Assembly: GCA_963677485.1 (NCBI GenBank)
Contig: OY781964.1
Location: 4,000,001-4,064,000, forward strand
DNA: 64,000 bases
Direction: 5' to 3'
DNA from: Armatimonadota bacterium
GTDB lineage: Bacteria > Armatimonadota > HRBIN16
Part shown: positions 38,271-48,373 of the stretch, piece after piece
How positions within the stretch are numbered: the first letter of the stretch is position 1
How the letters are laid out: each line of letters begins with the position of its first letter
Translations under genes and position numbers: made by a program
The notes under the pieces: model-generated
What the model saw: only the letters and a program-made list of their open reading frames with translations
Database searches by the model: none
Told to the model about the DNA's origin: nothing

Positions 38271-40259
38271 ATGCCTGTGAAGCATTGTTTTTTCGTTGTG
38301 TTTCTGGCCGCCATCATCTTAGTGATTATCGTGACCTCTGGCAACGCTGCACCTCGCGAAGGATTGTCAAAAGCTGCCATCATTCCGAAGCTGATGCCAG
38401 AAACTGTGAATTCCGCCTCGTTTATTGATGTGACCCGTGCGGACGGCACCTATGTGAAGTCTCCACTCATCCGCAGCGGCCGGTATGACAAGCGTATCGC
38501 CGATCTGAACACATCACGGATGAAATCTATCATGAGCTCCTCTGGGATAGGAGCGCACTGCAGGTTTCATTTCCCGGCCGGCTCCTACTATTTCAACGGA
38601 GCGGCCGCCGGTTGGCAGGCCAGCATTCAGTCGACGGCCAGGAACCAGTCGTTCACCGGCGATGGTGTGAATGCCACACAGATCATCCAGAAAAGTGCCG
38701 ATGTCCCAGCCACGATTAGAATCACCCACAGCAACTGCACCATACAGGACCTGTCGATCACTTCAGCGGACACCCAAGCGACATATCGCCTGGACTGGGA
38801 TCAGCACCCGCTTAAAACTGCCATCCATCTGGAATTTCCAGAGCTCCCTCCGCCGGCCTGGGGCACGGACCCTCAGATTTTGAATGTGAACATCAACACC
38901 ACCGGCAACAATATGGTGACTGACGGGTTCTGCCGGCCGTTCGAGACAGGCATTAAGGTCAACGGTCCCTGGTTGAATATCACGGCCCATACGATGTTTA
39001 TCCATGACGTGCATAACGCCATTTACATCAACCAAGGGCATATGCTGGCGGGACCAGCCACGTTTACGGATATCAACGCCGTCGCCACCGCAATCCAAGG
39101 TCCGAAGGTCCCGCAGCCCTGGAACGTGTTTTTCAAAAGTGAAAGCAACTTCATGGAGGCTGTATCGCTGATCAACTGCTTCTATATGGGCTCACAATTC
39201 ATCAGTATGGATGGTTCCAAGATCGCGCTTGTTGACAGGAACAGTAGCCGGATCCCTACCACACCCGCCTACCTGATGACCGTCAGCGGCTGTTACGTCA
39301 ATGCGCTCTGGCAGGCCTCACCGTCGGATGATGCGAAGTGGTCGAGTATCTATATGAACCTGCCACCAAGGCCGGGTGGAGTGCAACCCGGTTTGGGCGA
39401 GCCGCTCTACAGTCACACGCTTATCTTCAAGGACAATAACTTCACCGGCAAAACGCCGGGCCATGGTGCCTTCTTCTATACGGAGGGTAACGTCAAGAAC
39501 CTGGAATTGAGAGGCAACGAGTTCAGTTCAGGTGGAGGTGACCGTGCGATCTATGTGCGCACTAACAAGCCGCTTGCAGATTCCGATGTTGCCGTGCGGA
39601 ACATCACGATCGCCGATAACACATTCATGGATTTCCGTAATCCGATCACCGTCGGCGGTAGTCAATTCGATCCTTCTCGGGCGGTTGATGCGGCCAGTGT
39701 GGATGATGATCCATTCTGGGCCGAAGGAGTGACCATCATTGGCAATCAGTCCGCCTATTTCCCGGTCACCGAGAGGGGACAACTCACCTCGATATTCGTG
39801 AACCGTGCCCGGCGGGTGATTGTGAGCGGCAACCGACTGGCGAAGACGGTTGGTTCGCCTGTGATCCTGCGTGAATGTGAAGAGATCACGGTGAACGGCA
39901 ATATCATCGCAGGCATTAATGACACAGGGCAGAATGCGATATACCTTCAGCGTTGTAAAAATGCATCGATCAACGGGAACACGCTTCGGGGCTTTCGGCG
40001 GGGGATATGGCTGGACGGCTCCGAGGGTATCGCACTCACCGGAAACAGCCTGGCAAGCTGTCAGACGGGGTTGTCATTGTTGAAGTCACCAGGTCTGTCC
40101 GTCATGGGCAACGTCATCAGTGACACACCTGAGGGTATACTGGTGGGCTCGCAGGAGGCAGCCGGTGTTGCCAACAACACGCTGCTGCGCAGTGGTGCTA
40201 TCCGTGTAGTTGATGATGGTGGCGGAACGAAGGCCGACACTAAACCGGAACCTAAGTAA
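38271..40259 (+). CDS. secreted right-handed beta-helix protein (pectate lyase 3 / NosD-like repeats)
   Basis: Signal peptide; FHFPAGSYYF, FTGDGVNATQI; many I.GN/V.GN beta-helix turns in the C-terminal half. Confidence 0.75.
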   Translation: MPVKHCFFVVFLAAIILVIIVTSGNAAPREGLSKAAIIPKLMPETVNSASFIDVTRADGTYVKSPLIRSGRYDKRIADLNTSRMKSIMSSSGIGAHCRFHFPAGSYYFNGAAAGWQASIQSTARNQSFTGDGVNATQIIQKSADVPATIRITHSNCTIQDLSITSADTQATYRLDWDQHPLKTAIHLEFPELPPPAWGTDPQILNVNINTTGNNMVTDGFCRPFETGIKVNGPWLNITAHTMFIHDVHNAIYINQGHMLAGPATFTDINAVATAIQGPKVPQPWNVFFKSESNFMEAVSLINCFYMGSQFISMDGSKIALVDRNSSRIPTTPAYLMTVSGCYVNALWQASPSDDAKWSSIYMNLPPRPGGVQPGLGEPLYSHTLIFKDNNFTGKTPGHGAFFYTEGNVKNLELRGNEFSSGGGDRAIYVRTNKPLADSDVAVRNITIADNTFMDFRNPITVGGSQFDPSRAVDAASVDDDPFWAEGVTIIGNQSAYFPVTERGQLTSIFVNRARRVIVSGNRLAKTVGSPVILRECEEITVNGNIIAGINDTGQNAIYLQRCKNASINGNTLRGFRRGIWLDGSEGIALTGNSLASCQTGLSLLKSPGLSVMGNVISDTPEGILVGSQEAAGVANNTLLRSGAIRVVDDGGGTKADTKPEPK

Positions 40260-40320
40260 GCCCCGCTCTTGATTTCGGGGCAGACCGCAGTAATGTACGC
40301 GTCCCGCTGAAGCGACTGAT

Positions 40321-40543
40321 TGATATGAGAATGGCAGTACGCCTCTATTGCAACCGAGCGTTGCCTATGTCCGGGGCGGTCTGGCCGTAGGCTAATAGAT
40401 GCAGAAGACCTAAGACCGCGCCGGTCTGGCGGACAGCCATGAAAGGTATGTGTCAGGAAAAAGACCGGCGCGGTCTATAGACAGTGGCCTTCGCAGTCGT
40501 ACTGACAGACCGCCCGGACATAGCCAACCAAGTTACTACAAGG
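40321..40543. repeat. dispersed ~225-bp palindromic element, family A, copy 2
   Basis: Reverse-complement homologue of 3880-4105 over its whole length, including the non-palindromic flanks. Confidence 0.85.
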
Positions 40544-40736
40544 TGAAAGATATCCTCGGTTCGGTCACGCGAATACTAGGTCATCGATATGGATCAACTG
40601 CGAAATAACGGTCGTTTTAGTGGTTGGGCAGGGTATACTAGTTTCGAACACCGTCCGATTTCCGTATGGTCATACGGCATCTTTTGGCTCCAGTGTCTAC
40701 ACTGTCAAGTGAAATGCGATCCGGGAGGATTATCTG

Positions 40737-41333
40737 ATGAAAAAATGGCTTCTATTGCCGCTGCTCATGGTGGCGACATCCCAACTGTTCGCCGCACCAA
40801 CCCAAACCATCAAGAACCTGCAGACCGCCTATAGTGGCGAATCCAACGCATCGAGCAAATATGCGCAGTTCGCAGTGAAGGCCGATAAAGAGGGATACAA
40901 GGCCGTCGCGGCACTGTTCCGAGCGGCTTCGATGGCTGAGAAGATTCATGCAGGTCATGACGCCAAGCAATTGATAGCACTCAAGGCCAAACCGAAGATG
41001 AAGCATGATATGGTGGTGTTGAAAAGCACCGCTGAGAACCTCAAGGCCGCTATCAAAGGTGAGAACTACGAAGCGACTGTGATGTATCCTTCGTTTGTCA
41101 AAGAGGCGAAGGCTTCAGGACAGAAGGATGCGGTGATTGCTTTTGCATCGGATAGTGCCGTTGAAATAAGCCATCGTGCTTTGTATACGAAGACTCTGAA
41201 GAACCTATCGAAGATGAAGGTAGCAGCGACCTTCTATGTCTGTCCGGTATGCGGATACACCGTAGACAAGCTTTCCTTTACGAACTGCCCTGTGTGCGAA
41301 ACCGCCAGCAGCAAATTCAAAGTAATCAAATAG
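40737..41333 (+). CDS. rbr: rubrerythrin with N-terminal signal peptide
   Basis: Di-iron ligands GES, EKIH, ENYE, EISH; rubredoxin CPVC...CPVC; leader MKKWLLLPLLMVATSQLFA; SD GGAGG. Confidence 0.88.
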   Translation: MKKWLLLPLLMVATSQLFAAPTQTIKNLQTAYSGESNASSKYAQFAVKADKEGYKAVAALFRAASMAEKIHAGHDAKQLIALKAKPKMKHDMVVLKSTAENLKAAIKGENYEATVMYPSFVKEAKASGQKDAVIAFASDSAVEISHRALYTKTLKNLSKMKVAATFYVCPVCGYTVDKLSFTNCPVCETASSKFKVIK

Positions 41334-41421
41334 CATCATGATTCAGGGAGGCAGCACTCGCAGTCATACGGGTGTTGCCTTCTGTCATGTCTACCACCAT
41401 CCAAGAAACGGGGTATTCAAT

Positions 41422-41979
41422 ATGTTCGGCTTATCAGCCTTTATCCTACCGTCTCCACCTCCATCTGAGGGACTGCATCCATTAATCGTACACATGCCGA
41501 TCGGACTATTACTGGTTGTGCCCTTTCTGATTCTGGGCGGTCTGCTGGCCAGGAAGTGCAACATGGCCTGGTGGGGGGCTGCACTTGTCACCTTACTGAT
41601 AGGCACCATCTCAGCATGGGTCGCCGTTCGGACTGGCGGTATGTCGATCAAGGGCGGAGTGGTGGCTACAGCCATCGCTATGAACCCAGATAGTTCTGAT
41701 GCTATTATGAAACTTGTGGGCGAACACGCTGATGCGGCAAAGGACGTGCGCAACATATTCACGGTTATCACAGTTCTATTTGCTGCCTTCATGGCGACTG
41801 TCGCCATGCGAAAACTAGAATTGAAGAAACTGGTGTTGTGGGGTGTTGCCGCCATCTTCATGGTGTTGTGGCTGTTCGGTGCGGTTAAGCTTACCCAGGC
41901 TGGGCATATGGGCGCCACTCTGGTGCATAAGTACCAAGTCACTGTGCCTGTGGAGGCGACGCCGGACGCGAAACCATAG
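41422..41979 (+). CDS. DUF2231-like multi-TM membrane protein
   Basis: LHPLIVHMPIG, GEH, AGHMGATLVH; four hydrophobic helices. Confidence 0.7.
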   Translation: MFGLSAFILPSPPPSEGLHPLIVHMPIGLLLVVPFLILGGLLARKCNMAWWGAALVTLLIGTISAWVAVRTGGMSIKGGVVATAIAMNPDSSDAIMKLVGEHADAAKDVRNIFTVITVLFAAFMATVAMRKLELKKLVLWGVAAIFMVLWLFGAVKLTQAGHMGATLVHKYQVTVPVEATPDAKP

Positions 41980-42096
41980 GCTTCCCGCACGAACCGGATA
42001 TCGTATCTTCGCTGAGGTCATAGAGGGCATGTCAGTTCGTAGTTTCATGTCCTTTATTGTGTCCAAGTAACGAATAAGAAGATGAGATGGTGGTGT

Positions 42097-43494
42097 ATGT
42101 CGAACAGGTTTCTGTTTATTGTGATCGCGATGCTGACTGCGAACTGCGCGGGGCTTACTCACGCCGCGCCGATAAAGCCCGGTAAATCTGTGGCTGGTTT
42201 CTATAAGGTTCGCCAGCAGGATGGTGTCTGGTGGCTGATCGAACCCAACGGTAAAAAGTTCTATTCAGTGGGCGTCTGCTCAATTCAGCCTGTGGGGGAT
42301 GATGCTCCTGAGCTGGGATATGCCCCTTACAACCGAAACATCAAGGCGAAATACGGCAGCGAAGGGGCCTGGGTGACCGTGACAGAGATCCGCCTGAAGT
42401 CGTGGGGGTTCAACAGCCGAGGGGCTTGGAGCACGCAGCCGAAAGCTCTCCCAGAGTTCATCAACCTCGACTTCAGCAGCGGTCACTGGCAGAAGGGCAC
42501 CTTGCCCGACTACTTCAGCCCGCAGTTTACGCAAAGTGTGGATGAGACAGCGAAGGCAAGGACACGCCCCACCGACCACAACCTCATCGGATATTTCACC
42601 GACAACGAGCTGCAATGGGAGACAGACTGGCGGTTTGGCCCGTCGATGTTCGACCTCTACACCGCACTGCCACAGACTGCCGAAGGGAAGCAGCAACAGA
42701 AGACTTTTCTGCAGCAGCGGTATGCCACACCTGCCGATTTCAACAAGGTATGGTCGCCAGCCATCAATAGTTGGGATGAGTATGATAGCTTGACTAAGCT
42801 GAAAGCCGTCGACGAAGTGCTGGCACAGCGTGACCGCACAGAGTGGACGTTGAAGGTGGCGCGACACTATTTCCAGGTGACCACCACCGCCATCCGAAAG
42901 TACGATCCAAACCATCTGATCGCTGGATGCCGGATCACCAGTTGGACGGTTCCCGAAGTGGTGGTGCAAGCCTGCGGCGAATATTGCGACATCATCTCAA
43001 TCAACCACTACGAGCTGGGTCCGTTGGGATCCTTCGCCTATGCTGCGATGAGGCCGTCGGTCAAGACTCTGGCGGTGGATCTGAGCTTCAAGGAGTTCTA
43101 CCGGGCGGGCAAGAAGCCGTTGCTGATCACTGAGTTTGGCTTTCGGGCCGATGACAGCGGATTGCCGAACTCCCACCCCGATGGCAAGCTGGTGCAACCG
43201 ACCGTTCCCACCCAGAAATCCAAGGGTGAGAAGTATGCACAGTGGGTGACCACCTGGGCGAAGACGCCTTACTTTGTGGGCTGCCACTGGTTCAAGTATA
43301 TGGATGAACCCAAAGAGGGCCGGTTCGATGGCGAGAACGGCAACTACGGGCTGGTGAACATCGAGGATGCGCCTTACACGCCGTTTGTGTCGCTTGTGAC
43401 CAAAGCAAACAAGCAGTTGGTGACACTGCATACGCCCCAGTCCACGAAGAAGCCAGCCAAGGTGGGGCCGAAACCAAAAGTGAAGCCACAGTGA
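42097..43494 (+). CDS. secreted clan-A glycoside hydrolase (GH50/beta-agarase-like)
   Basis: Signal peptide; GFYKVRQQDGVWWL, SWGFNS.GAWS, GYFTDNEL, LITEFGF, VGCHWFKYMDEP, DGENGNYGLV. Confidence 0.78.
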   Translation: MSNRFLFIVIAMLTANCAGLTHAAPIKPGKSVAGFYKVRQQDGVWWLIEPNGKKFYSVGVCSIQPVGDDAPELGYAPYNRNIKAKYGSEGAWVTVTEIRLKSWGFNSRGAWSTQPKALPEFINLDFSSGHWQKGTLPDYFSPQFTQSVDETAKARTRPTDHNLIGYFTDNELQWETDWRFGPSMFDLYTALPQTAEGKQQQKTFLQQRYATPADFNKVWSPAINSWDEYDSLTKLKAVDEVLAQRDRTEWTLKVARHYFQVTTTAIRKYDPNHLIAGCRITSWTVPEVVVQACGEYCDIISINHYELGPLGSFAYAAMRPSVKTLAVDLSFKEFYRAGKKPLLITEFGFRADDSGLPNSHPDGKLVQPTVPTQKSKGEKYAQWVTTWAKTPYFVGCHWFKYMDEPKEGRFDGENGNYGLVNIEDAPYTPFVSLVTKANKQLVTLHTPQSTKKPAKVGPKPKVKPQ

Positions 43495-43495
43495 T

Positions 43496-44551
43496 ATGGA
43501 TGTAGAAAGCACGAGCACACCTCAGTCGACCCGATTATCGCGCATCACGGGCTGTCTGCTGGCGGGTGCGGTGGGCGATGCGGTGGGCGCTGCTGTGGAG
43601 TTCAGGAGCATGGCCGAAATCCGCCGGACATACGGCAAGAAGGGCATTCAGGATTATGCGCCGTGTTACGGTCAGGCTGGGCGGTTCACGGATGACACGC
43701 AGATGACCCTTTTTACCGCAGAAGGGCTACTACAGGCACGGCAAAGCAGTATGGATGCTCACGAAGCGGATTACAGAAAATGCGTGCTGGAGGCTTACAT
43801 CCGCTGGCTAGGAACGCAAGGCACGATATCAAAGAGGTCCGAGCTGGCGTATATCTACCAGGGTGTTTTGTGGAACACACGTGAGCTTCATGCCCGGCGC
43901 GCTCCCGGTGGCACCTGCCTGAGCGGACTCTCGCGATATCTTGGCAGTATGGAGTCAGGCGGTGGCGATACGGATCTGCATCCGCTCAACCACAGCAAAG
44001 GCTGCGGCGGTGTGATGCGCATGGCGCCAGTCGGCTTTGTCTCGGGTGTAGACCACTTTGCATTGGGATGCGAGCTGGCGAAGCTGTCTCATGGGCACGT
44101 CACCGGCTACCTGCCCTCGGGTTATCTGGCCTTAATGATCCACCATTTGGTGGAAGGTACAGGCCTCATGCCGGCTATCGAGTTATGCACAGAACGGCTG
44201 ATTCAAGAAGCTGGGCATGAGGAAACCTTGGCATGTATCACGCTGGCGTGCGAGCTGGCGGTATCGGTTGAATCCTCGCCTGAGACTATCGAGCGCATAG
44301 GCGCGGGATGGGTGGCGGAGGAGGCCCTGGCCATTTCGCTGTTCTGTGCCATCAAGGCGCAGAATTTTGAGCACGGCCTCCGGTTGGCGGTTAACCACAG
44401 TGGTGACAGCGACTCCACCTGTGCGATCACTGGCAACATACTTGGCGCGTTACACGGTATGGAGTATATACCCAGTCGCTGGATCGAGCCACTGGAACTC
44501 AGAGGGCTGATCGAAACAGTGGGGCAACAATGCGCTTCGACATGGACATAA
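43496..44551 (+). CDS. ADP-ribosylglycohydrolase family protein
   Basis: GAVGDAVG, FTDDTQMT, SKGCGGVMR, NHSGDSDST. Confidence 0.92.
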   Translation: MDVESTSTPQSTRLSRITGCLLAGAVGDAVGAAVEFRSMAEIRRTYGKKGIQDYAPCYGQAGRFTDDTQMTLFTAEGLLQARQSSMDAHEADYRKCVLEAYIRWLGTQGTISKRSELAYIYQGVLWNTRELHARRAPGGTCLSGLSRYLGSMESGGGDTDLHPLNHSKGCGGVMRMAPVGFVSGVDHFALGCELAKLSHGHVTGYLPSGYLALMIHHLVEGTGLMPAIELCTERLIQEAGHEETLACITLACELAVSVESSPETIERIGAGWVAEEALAISLFCAIKAQNFEHGLRLAVNHSGDSDSTCAITGNILGALHGMEYIPSRWIEPLELRGLIETVGQQCASTWT

Positions 44552-44627
44552 ACACCATCCACAGATGCGATACCATGAAGATGGTGGGCATTTATGATGC
44601 CCGCCACACCAATCCGGGAGTAGACAG

Positions 44628-45176
44628 ATGCAAGTCACCACAGACCAGATATTAGAGATCGCCAACGGGCATGGGGCCACCTTTGTGCGGGAGGTAAACC
44701 CACTAGACATCACCGCGGAGCAGTGCTACCGCGATGCCTGCGCCACCAATGCGTGCGGAAGCTATGGTAAATACTGGACCTGCCCTCCAGGCATAGGCGA
44801 CCCCGAGAACAAAATCGCTGAAATCAAGGGTTACGAGAAACTGTTTGTCGTCCAAAACATCACCGAACTCGAGGACTCATGGGATTTCGAGGGAATGGGT
44901 GAGGCTGCTGAAAAGAACCAGACGGTGGTACGGGCCATCGCGGCAGATCTGCGATTGCGGTTCCCTGATCTTCGGATCAAGGCGATGGGCAATGGCGGCT
45001 GTGGCTTGTGTGAAAAATGCACCTGCCCTGACGAACCGTGCCGGCATCCCGACGAGGCCACTCAGGCGATTGAGGGTCTGGGCATCAACGTGAAGGCGCT
45101 GGTGGAGAGCGTGGGCTTGAAATACATCAACGGCCAGAACACCGTCTCGTTTGTGGGCATGGTGCTGGTGGGGTAA
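44628..45176 (+). CDS. DUF2284-family Cys-rich metal-binding protein
   Basis: C..NACGSYGKYWTCPP, GGCGLCEKC, PCRHP, EGLGINV. Confidence 0.8.
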   Translation: MQVTTDQILEIANGHGATFVREVNPLDITAEQCYRDACATNACGSYGKYWTCPPGIGDPENKIAEIKGYEKLFVVQNITELEDSWDFEGMGEAAEKNQTVVRAIAADLRLRFPDLRIKAMGNGGCGLCEKCTCPDEPCRHPDEATQAIEGLGINVKALVESVGLKYINGQNTVSFVGMVLVG

Positions 45177-45204
45177 GTATGGGAAATCATAGATGGACCG
45201 TATC

Positions 45205-45987
45205 ATGAAGACAGGACTAGCATTGAGCGGGGGTGGTGCCTTGGGCATTGCCCATCTGGGCGTTTTAGATGGACTTGAGACGTCGCAAATCGACATTGAT
45301 ATGGTGTGCGGCACCTCTGCCGGTGCCATTGTGGGCGTGCTGTATGCCGCTGGTGGTGTGGAGTATGTTCGCCGATTTTTCAAAGAACTGGGCACTTACA
45401 GTGTGATCAACCCTCGGAACATCCTCAAGATACGCAACCCTCACGGGTTCTTCCTTCAGATTGAGAAACTGCTTCGAGAGATCATCACCGTTACATCCTT
45501 CGAGCAGCTACGGATCCCATGCTCCTGCGTCGCCACCGACGTGGAGAGCGGGATGGTGACTGTGCTCAACTCCGGCGACCCCATCGAATGCGCCATGGCC
45601 TCCGCCGCCTATCCCGGTGTTTTTCCGATGCAGAGGATCGGCAGCCGGCACTTCATTGATGGGGCGGTCAGCTTGAACATGCCCGTAAGTCCGCTGAGAG
45701 AGCAGGGCGCGGAGTATGTGATCGCCTCGTCGGTGTATTGTCTGGCAGGGCTAAGCCATGAAGCCGAGAAGCTGAACGCCTGGCAGATCGCAGCGCGCGC
45801 GCTGGAGATCATGGAAAACCGCATCAACGCATATGAACTGCAAAACGCCGATTTCGTGTTTTCACCGCCTGTGATGGGCTACACATGGTTCCAGTTTTCT
45901 GAGTTCGATAGCATTTTGGAAGTCACCAAACCTTATGTGCTTCAGCGAGTTAAGGAGCTTAAGGACGTGTGCCCGGTGAGGGTCTGA
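45205..45987 (+). CDS. patatin-like phospholipase
   Basis: LSGGGALGIAH, GTSAG, ASAAYPG, DGA; alternative start at 45193. Confidence 0.9.
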   Translation: MKTGLALSGGGALGIAHLGVLDGLETSQIDIDMVCGTSAGAIVGVLYAAGGVEYVRRFFKELGTYSVINPRNILKIRNPHGFFLQIEKLLREIITVTSFEQLRIPCSCVATDVESGMVTVLNSGDPIECAMASAAYPGVFPMQRIGSRHFIDGAVSLNMPVSPLREQGAEYVIASSVYCLAGLSHEAEKLNAWQIAARALEIMENRINAYELQNADFVFSPPVMGYTWFQFSEFDSILEVTKPYVLQRVKELKDVCPVRV

Positions 45988-46075
45988 ATTCCGCACGGGA
46001 TGCGATGGTGCATGAGCGAGTTGTATACTTGGCGGAAAATCGCATGACCGATTCGTGAAAAAGTGGGAGAGATGA

Positions 46076-47518
46076 GTGGAATACGTATTAGGGCTTGACC
46101 TCGGCACCACCAGCATTAAACTAGTGGCGTTCGATCTCCATGCTAAACAAGCCGCCGCCTGCCAGGCACCCAATCCGATTACCATACAGGCTGATGGATC
46201 GCGTGTGACGTGGGCCGCTGATGTGGTAAATGTGGTCGAAGGGCTGATGACGCAGATGGCCACGCTGGTTCCCAAAGACCGGGTGGCTGGTATTGGCATC
46301 AGCACCGCGATGTTTGCTATCCAGCCTGTCTCAACGGAGAATGAGCCGCTTTCCATGTCGCGGAGCTGGGCCGACGGAGTCAAACAGCAGCCGCTCGGTA
46401 CCAGCCAGGCTGAGTTCTATGCCCAGACGGGCTGCCGCATGAATCCGATCTACCCACTATACAAAATCCGCCGATTACAGCTAGACCATCCTGAGCTGGA
46501 TGCGCCGAATATCCGCTGGGTGAGCACAGCCGAATATCTCTTCTTCAAGTTGACCGGTGAATGGCTGGTCAGCAAGTCGATCGCCTCATGCTCGGGCCTT
46601 CTGAATGTGCACACGCTGGCATACCATCAGTCTGCGCTAGACTGGGCGCATCTGAGCGTATCACAGCTAAACCCGCTGACGGATGAAGATACCGTCCGGC
46701 CGATCAAGGCCGGTGCGTATGCCGGCGTGCCGTTGGCGATCGGCGCGACCGATGGGCCGCTGTGCCACTACGGTACGAACTCGCTGGCCCGCGGCCAGAT
46801 GACCTCCACCATCGGAACCAGTGCCGCGGTGAGGATTGTCAGCGAACGTCCGCTGCTTGATGAGCAGATGCGAACCTGGTGTTATTACCTCGGCAACAAT
46901 CTATGGGCTGTCGGGGGAGCCATCAATGGCGGAGGCATCGCGCTGCAGTGGCTGCGCGAGCAGCTCCTTGGAACTGAAGTGGGTTCGGATGCCTTGGTAT
47001 CCGATGCGATACACGCGGTGGCTGCCGGCTGTGATGGTTTGACTGTGGTGCCTGAGCTGATGGGTGAACGCTGCCCTGGCTGGGACGAAAACATGCGCGG
47101 AGCCATCTACGGCTTGTCGTTGAACCATACGAAACACCATCTGGTCAGGGCGATTATCGAGGGCATCCTGTATCGGCTGCTGAACATCAGCCGGATTGTG
47201 CAGCAGCTCTCCGGTCTAGATGAGACCGTGCTCCGAGCAAGCGGTGGGTATGCCAACAACAAGTCCTGGGTGCAGGTGCAGGCCGATCTGTTCGGGTGTC
47301 CAGTGGAGCTGCCGATGGTGACTGAAGCTTCCGCGCTGGGAGCGGCCTGCTTTGCCGCGCAGGGCAGCGGGTTGATGTCCGCTGAGAGTATGGCGCAGGG
47401 TGTGGTCAGCCACCAGAGGCATCTGCCCGACGCTGATCTCTATGAGGCATACCAGCAGGCATACGAACGATCAGAACGCTTGTGGGCGGCGGTGTCGCAG
47501 GCGTTTGGCGGCAAGTGA
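46076..47518 (+). CDS. gntK: gluconokinase-like FGGY carbohydrate kinase
   Basis: GLDLGTTSIK, GATDG, TIGTSAAVR, GGAINGGG, GERCPGW, EASALGA. Confidence 0.75.
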   Translation: MEYVLGLDLGTTSIKLVAFDLHAKQAAACQAPNPITIQADGSRVTWAADVVNVVEGLMTQMATLVPKDRVAGIGISTAMFAIQPVSTENEPLSMSRSWADGVKQQPLGTSQAEFYAQTGCRMNPIYPLYKIRRLQLDHPELDAPNIRWVSTAEYLFFKLTGEWLVSKSIASCSGLLNVHTLAYHQSALDWAHLSVSQLNPLTDEDTVRPIKAGAYAGVPLAIGATDGPLCHYGTNSLARGQMTSTIGTSAAVRIVSERPLLDEQMRTWCYYLGNNLWAVGGAINGGGIALQWLREQLLGTEVGSDALVSDAIHAVAAGCDGLTVVPELMGERCPGWDENMRGAIYGLSLNHTKHHLVRAIIEGILYRLLNISRIVQQLSGLDETVLRASGGYANNKSWVQVQADLFGCPVELPMVTEASALGAACFAAQGSGLMSAESMAQGVVSHQRHLPDADLYEAYQQAYERSERLWAAVSQAFGGK

Positions 47519-47520
47519 CG

Positions 47521-48312
47521 ATGGATACGCGTGAACGCCTGATCGAAGAGAACCGCCAGCGGTGGGACGCGCTGGCAAAGGCGAATGTGATGTATTCAGT
47601 GCCCTTCCTGCAGTTCAACAAGGAAGACGCGGCTCGATACATTTACCGGCATGAGTTCATCACCGACGTGGCGGGTAAAGAGGTGCTCTGCTTGGCCAGC
47701 GGTGGTGGTCAGGACTCCGCCGCTTTCGGGTTGCTGGGTGCTCACGTGACGGTGTATGATCTGTCCGAGGTGCAGTTGCAGCGTGATCAGCAAGCTGCTG
47801 AGCACCACGGCTACGATGTGGCGACTGTGCAGGGCGACATGTGCGATTTATCGGTATTCGCAGATGGCCGTTTTGACATGGTCTGGCAGCCCTACTCCAT
47901 CAACTTCTGCCCTGAGATCACTCCCGTCATCGCTGAGGTCGCCCGAGTGCTAAAACCCGGCGGGCTCTACCATCTGGCATTTGCGAACCCGTTCGCGGCG
48001 GCCACCGACAACGAGTGGGCAGACGGCGGATATCGCCTCCGCGGTCTGTATGCCGATGGTGAGGAGATCAGCAGGTATCTGCCGGCGATGTTTGAGGTGC
48101 AGCAGCCCGACAGCTCGGTCATCAGCGTGCCGCACCCTCATGAGTTCCGGCATACCTTCAGCACTGTGATGAACACGATGGCTCAGAACGGGTTTGTGTT
48201 TCTGAAACTTACCGAGTGGATGCGTGAAGAAAATCCGCTTGTGGAGGGGAGCTGGGCCCACTTCACACTGTGTATGCCACCCTTCTTCGAAAGCTACTGG
48301 CGTCGATCCTAA
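47521..48312 (+). CDS. class I SAM-dependent methyltransferase
   Basis: VLCLASGGGQ, VYDLS, QGDM, RVLKPGG. Confidence 0.88.
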   Translation: MDTRERLIEENRQRWDALAKANVMYSVPFLQFNKEDAARYIYRHEFITDVAGKEVLCLASGGGQDSAAFGLLGAHVTVYDLSEVQLQRDQQAAEHHGYDVATVQGDMCDLSVFADGRFDMVWQPYSINFCPEITPVIAEVARVLKPGGLYHLAFANPFAAATDNEWADGGYRLRGLYADGEEISRYLPAMFEVQQPDSSVISVPHPHEFRHTFSTVMNTMAQNGFVFLKLTEWMREENPLVEGSWAHFTLCMPPFFESYWRRS

Positions 48313-48373
48313 CATAAACCTAAAGTGGTAAACTGTAGCAAAGCAAACCTTGCTTCGAAAGGAAGTCCCACAG

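Noticed and set aside
43496-45987. ADP-ribosylglycohydrolase, DUF2284 and patatin as a defence or toxin-antitoxin module
   Set aside because: All three look like ordinary stand-alone family members. No ADP-ribosyltransferase or cyclase is nearby, and the run continues into unrelated metabolic genes.
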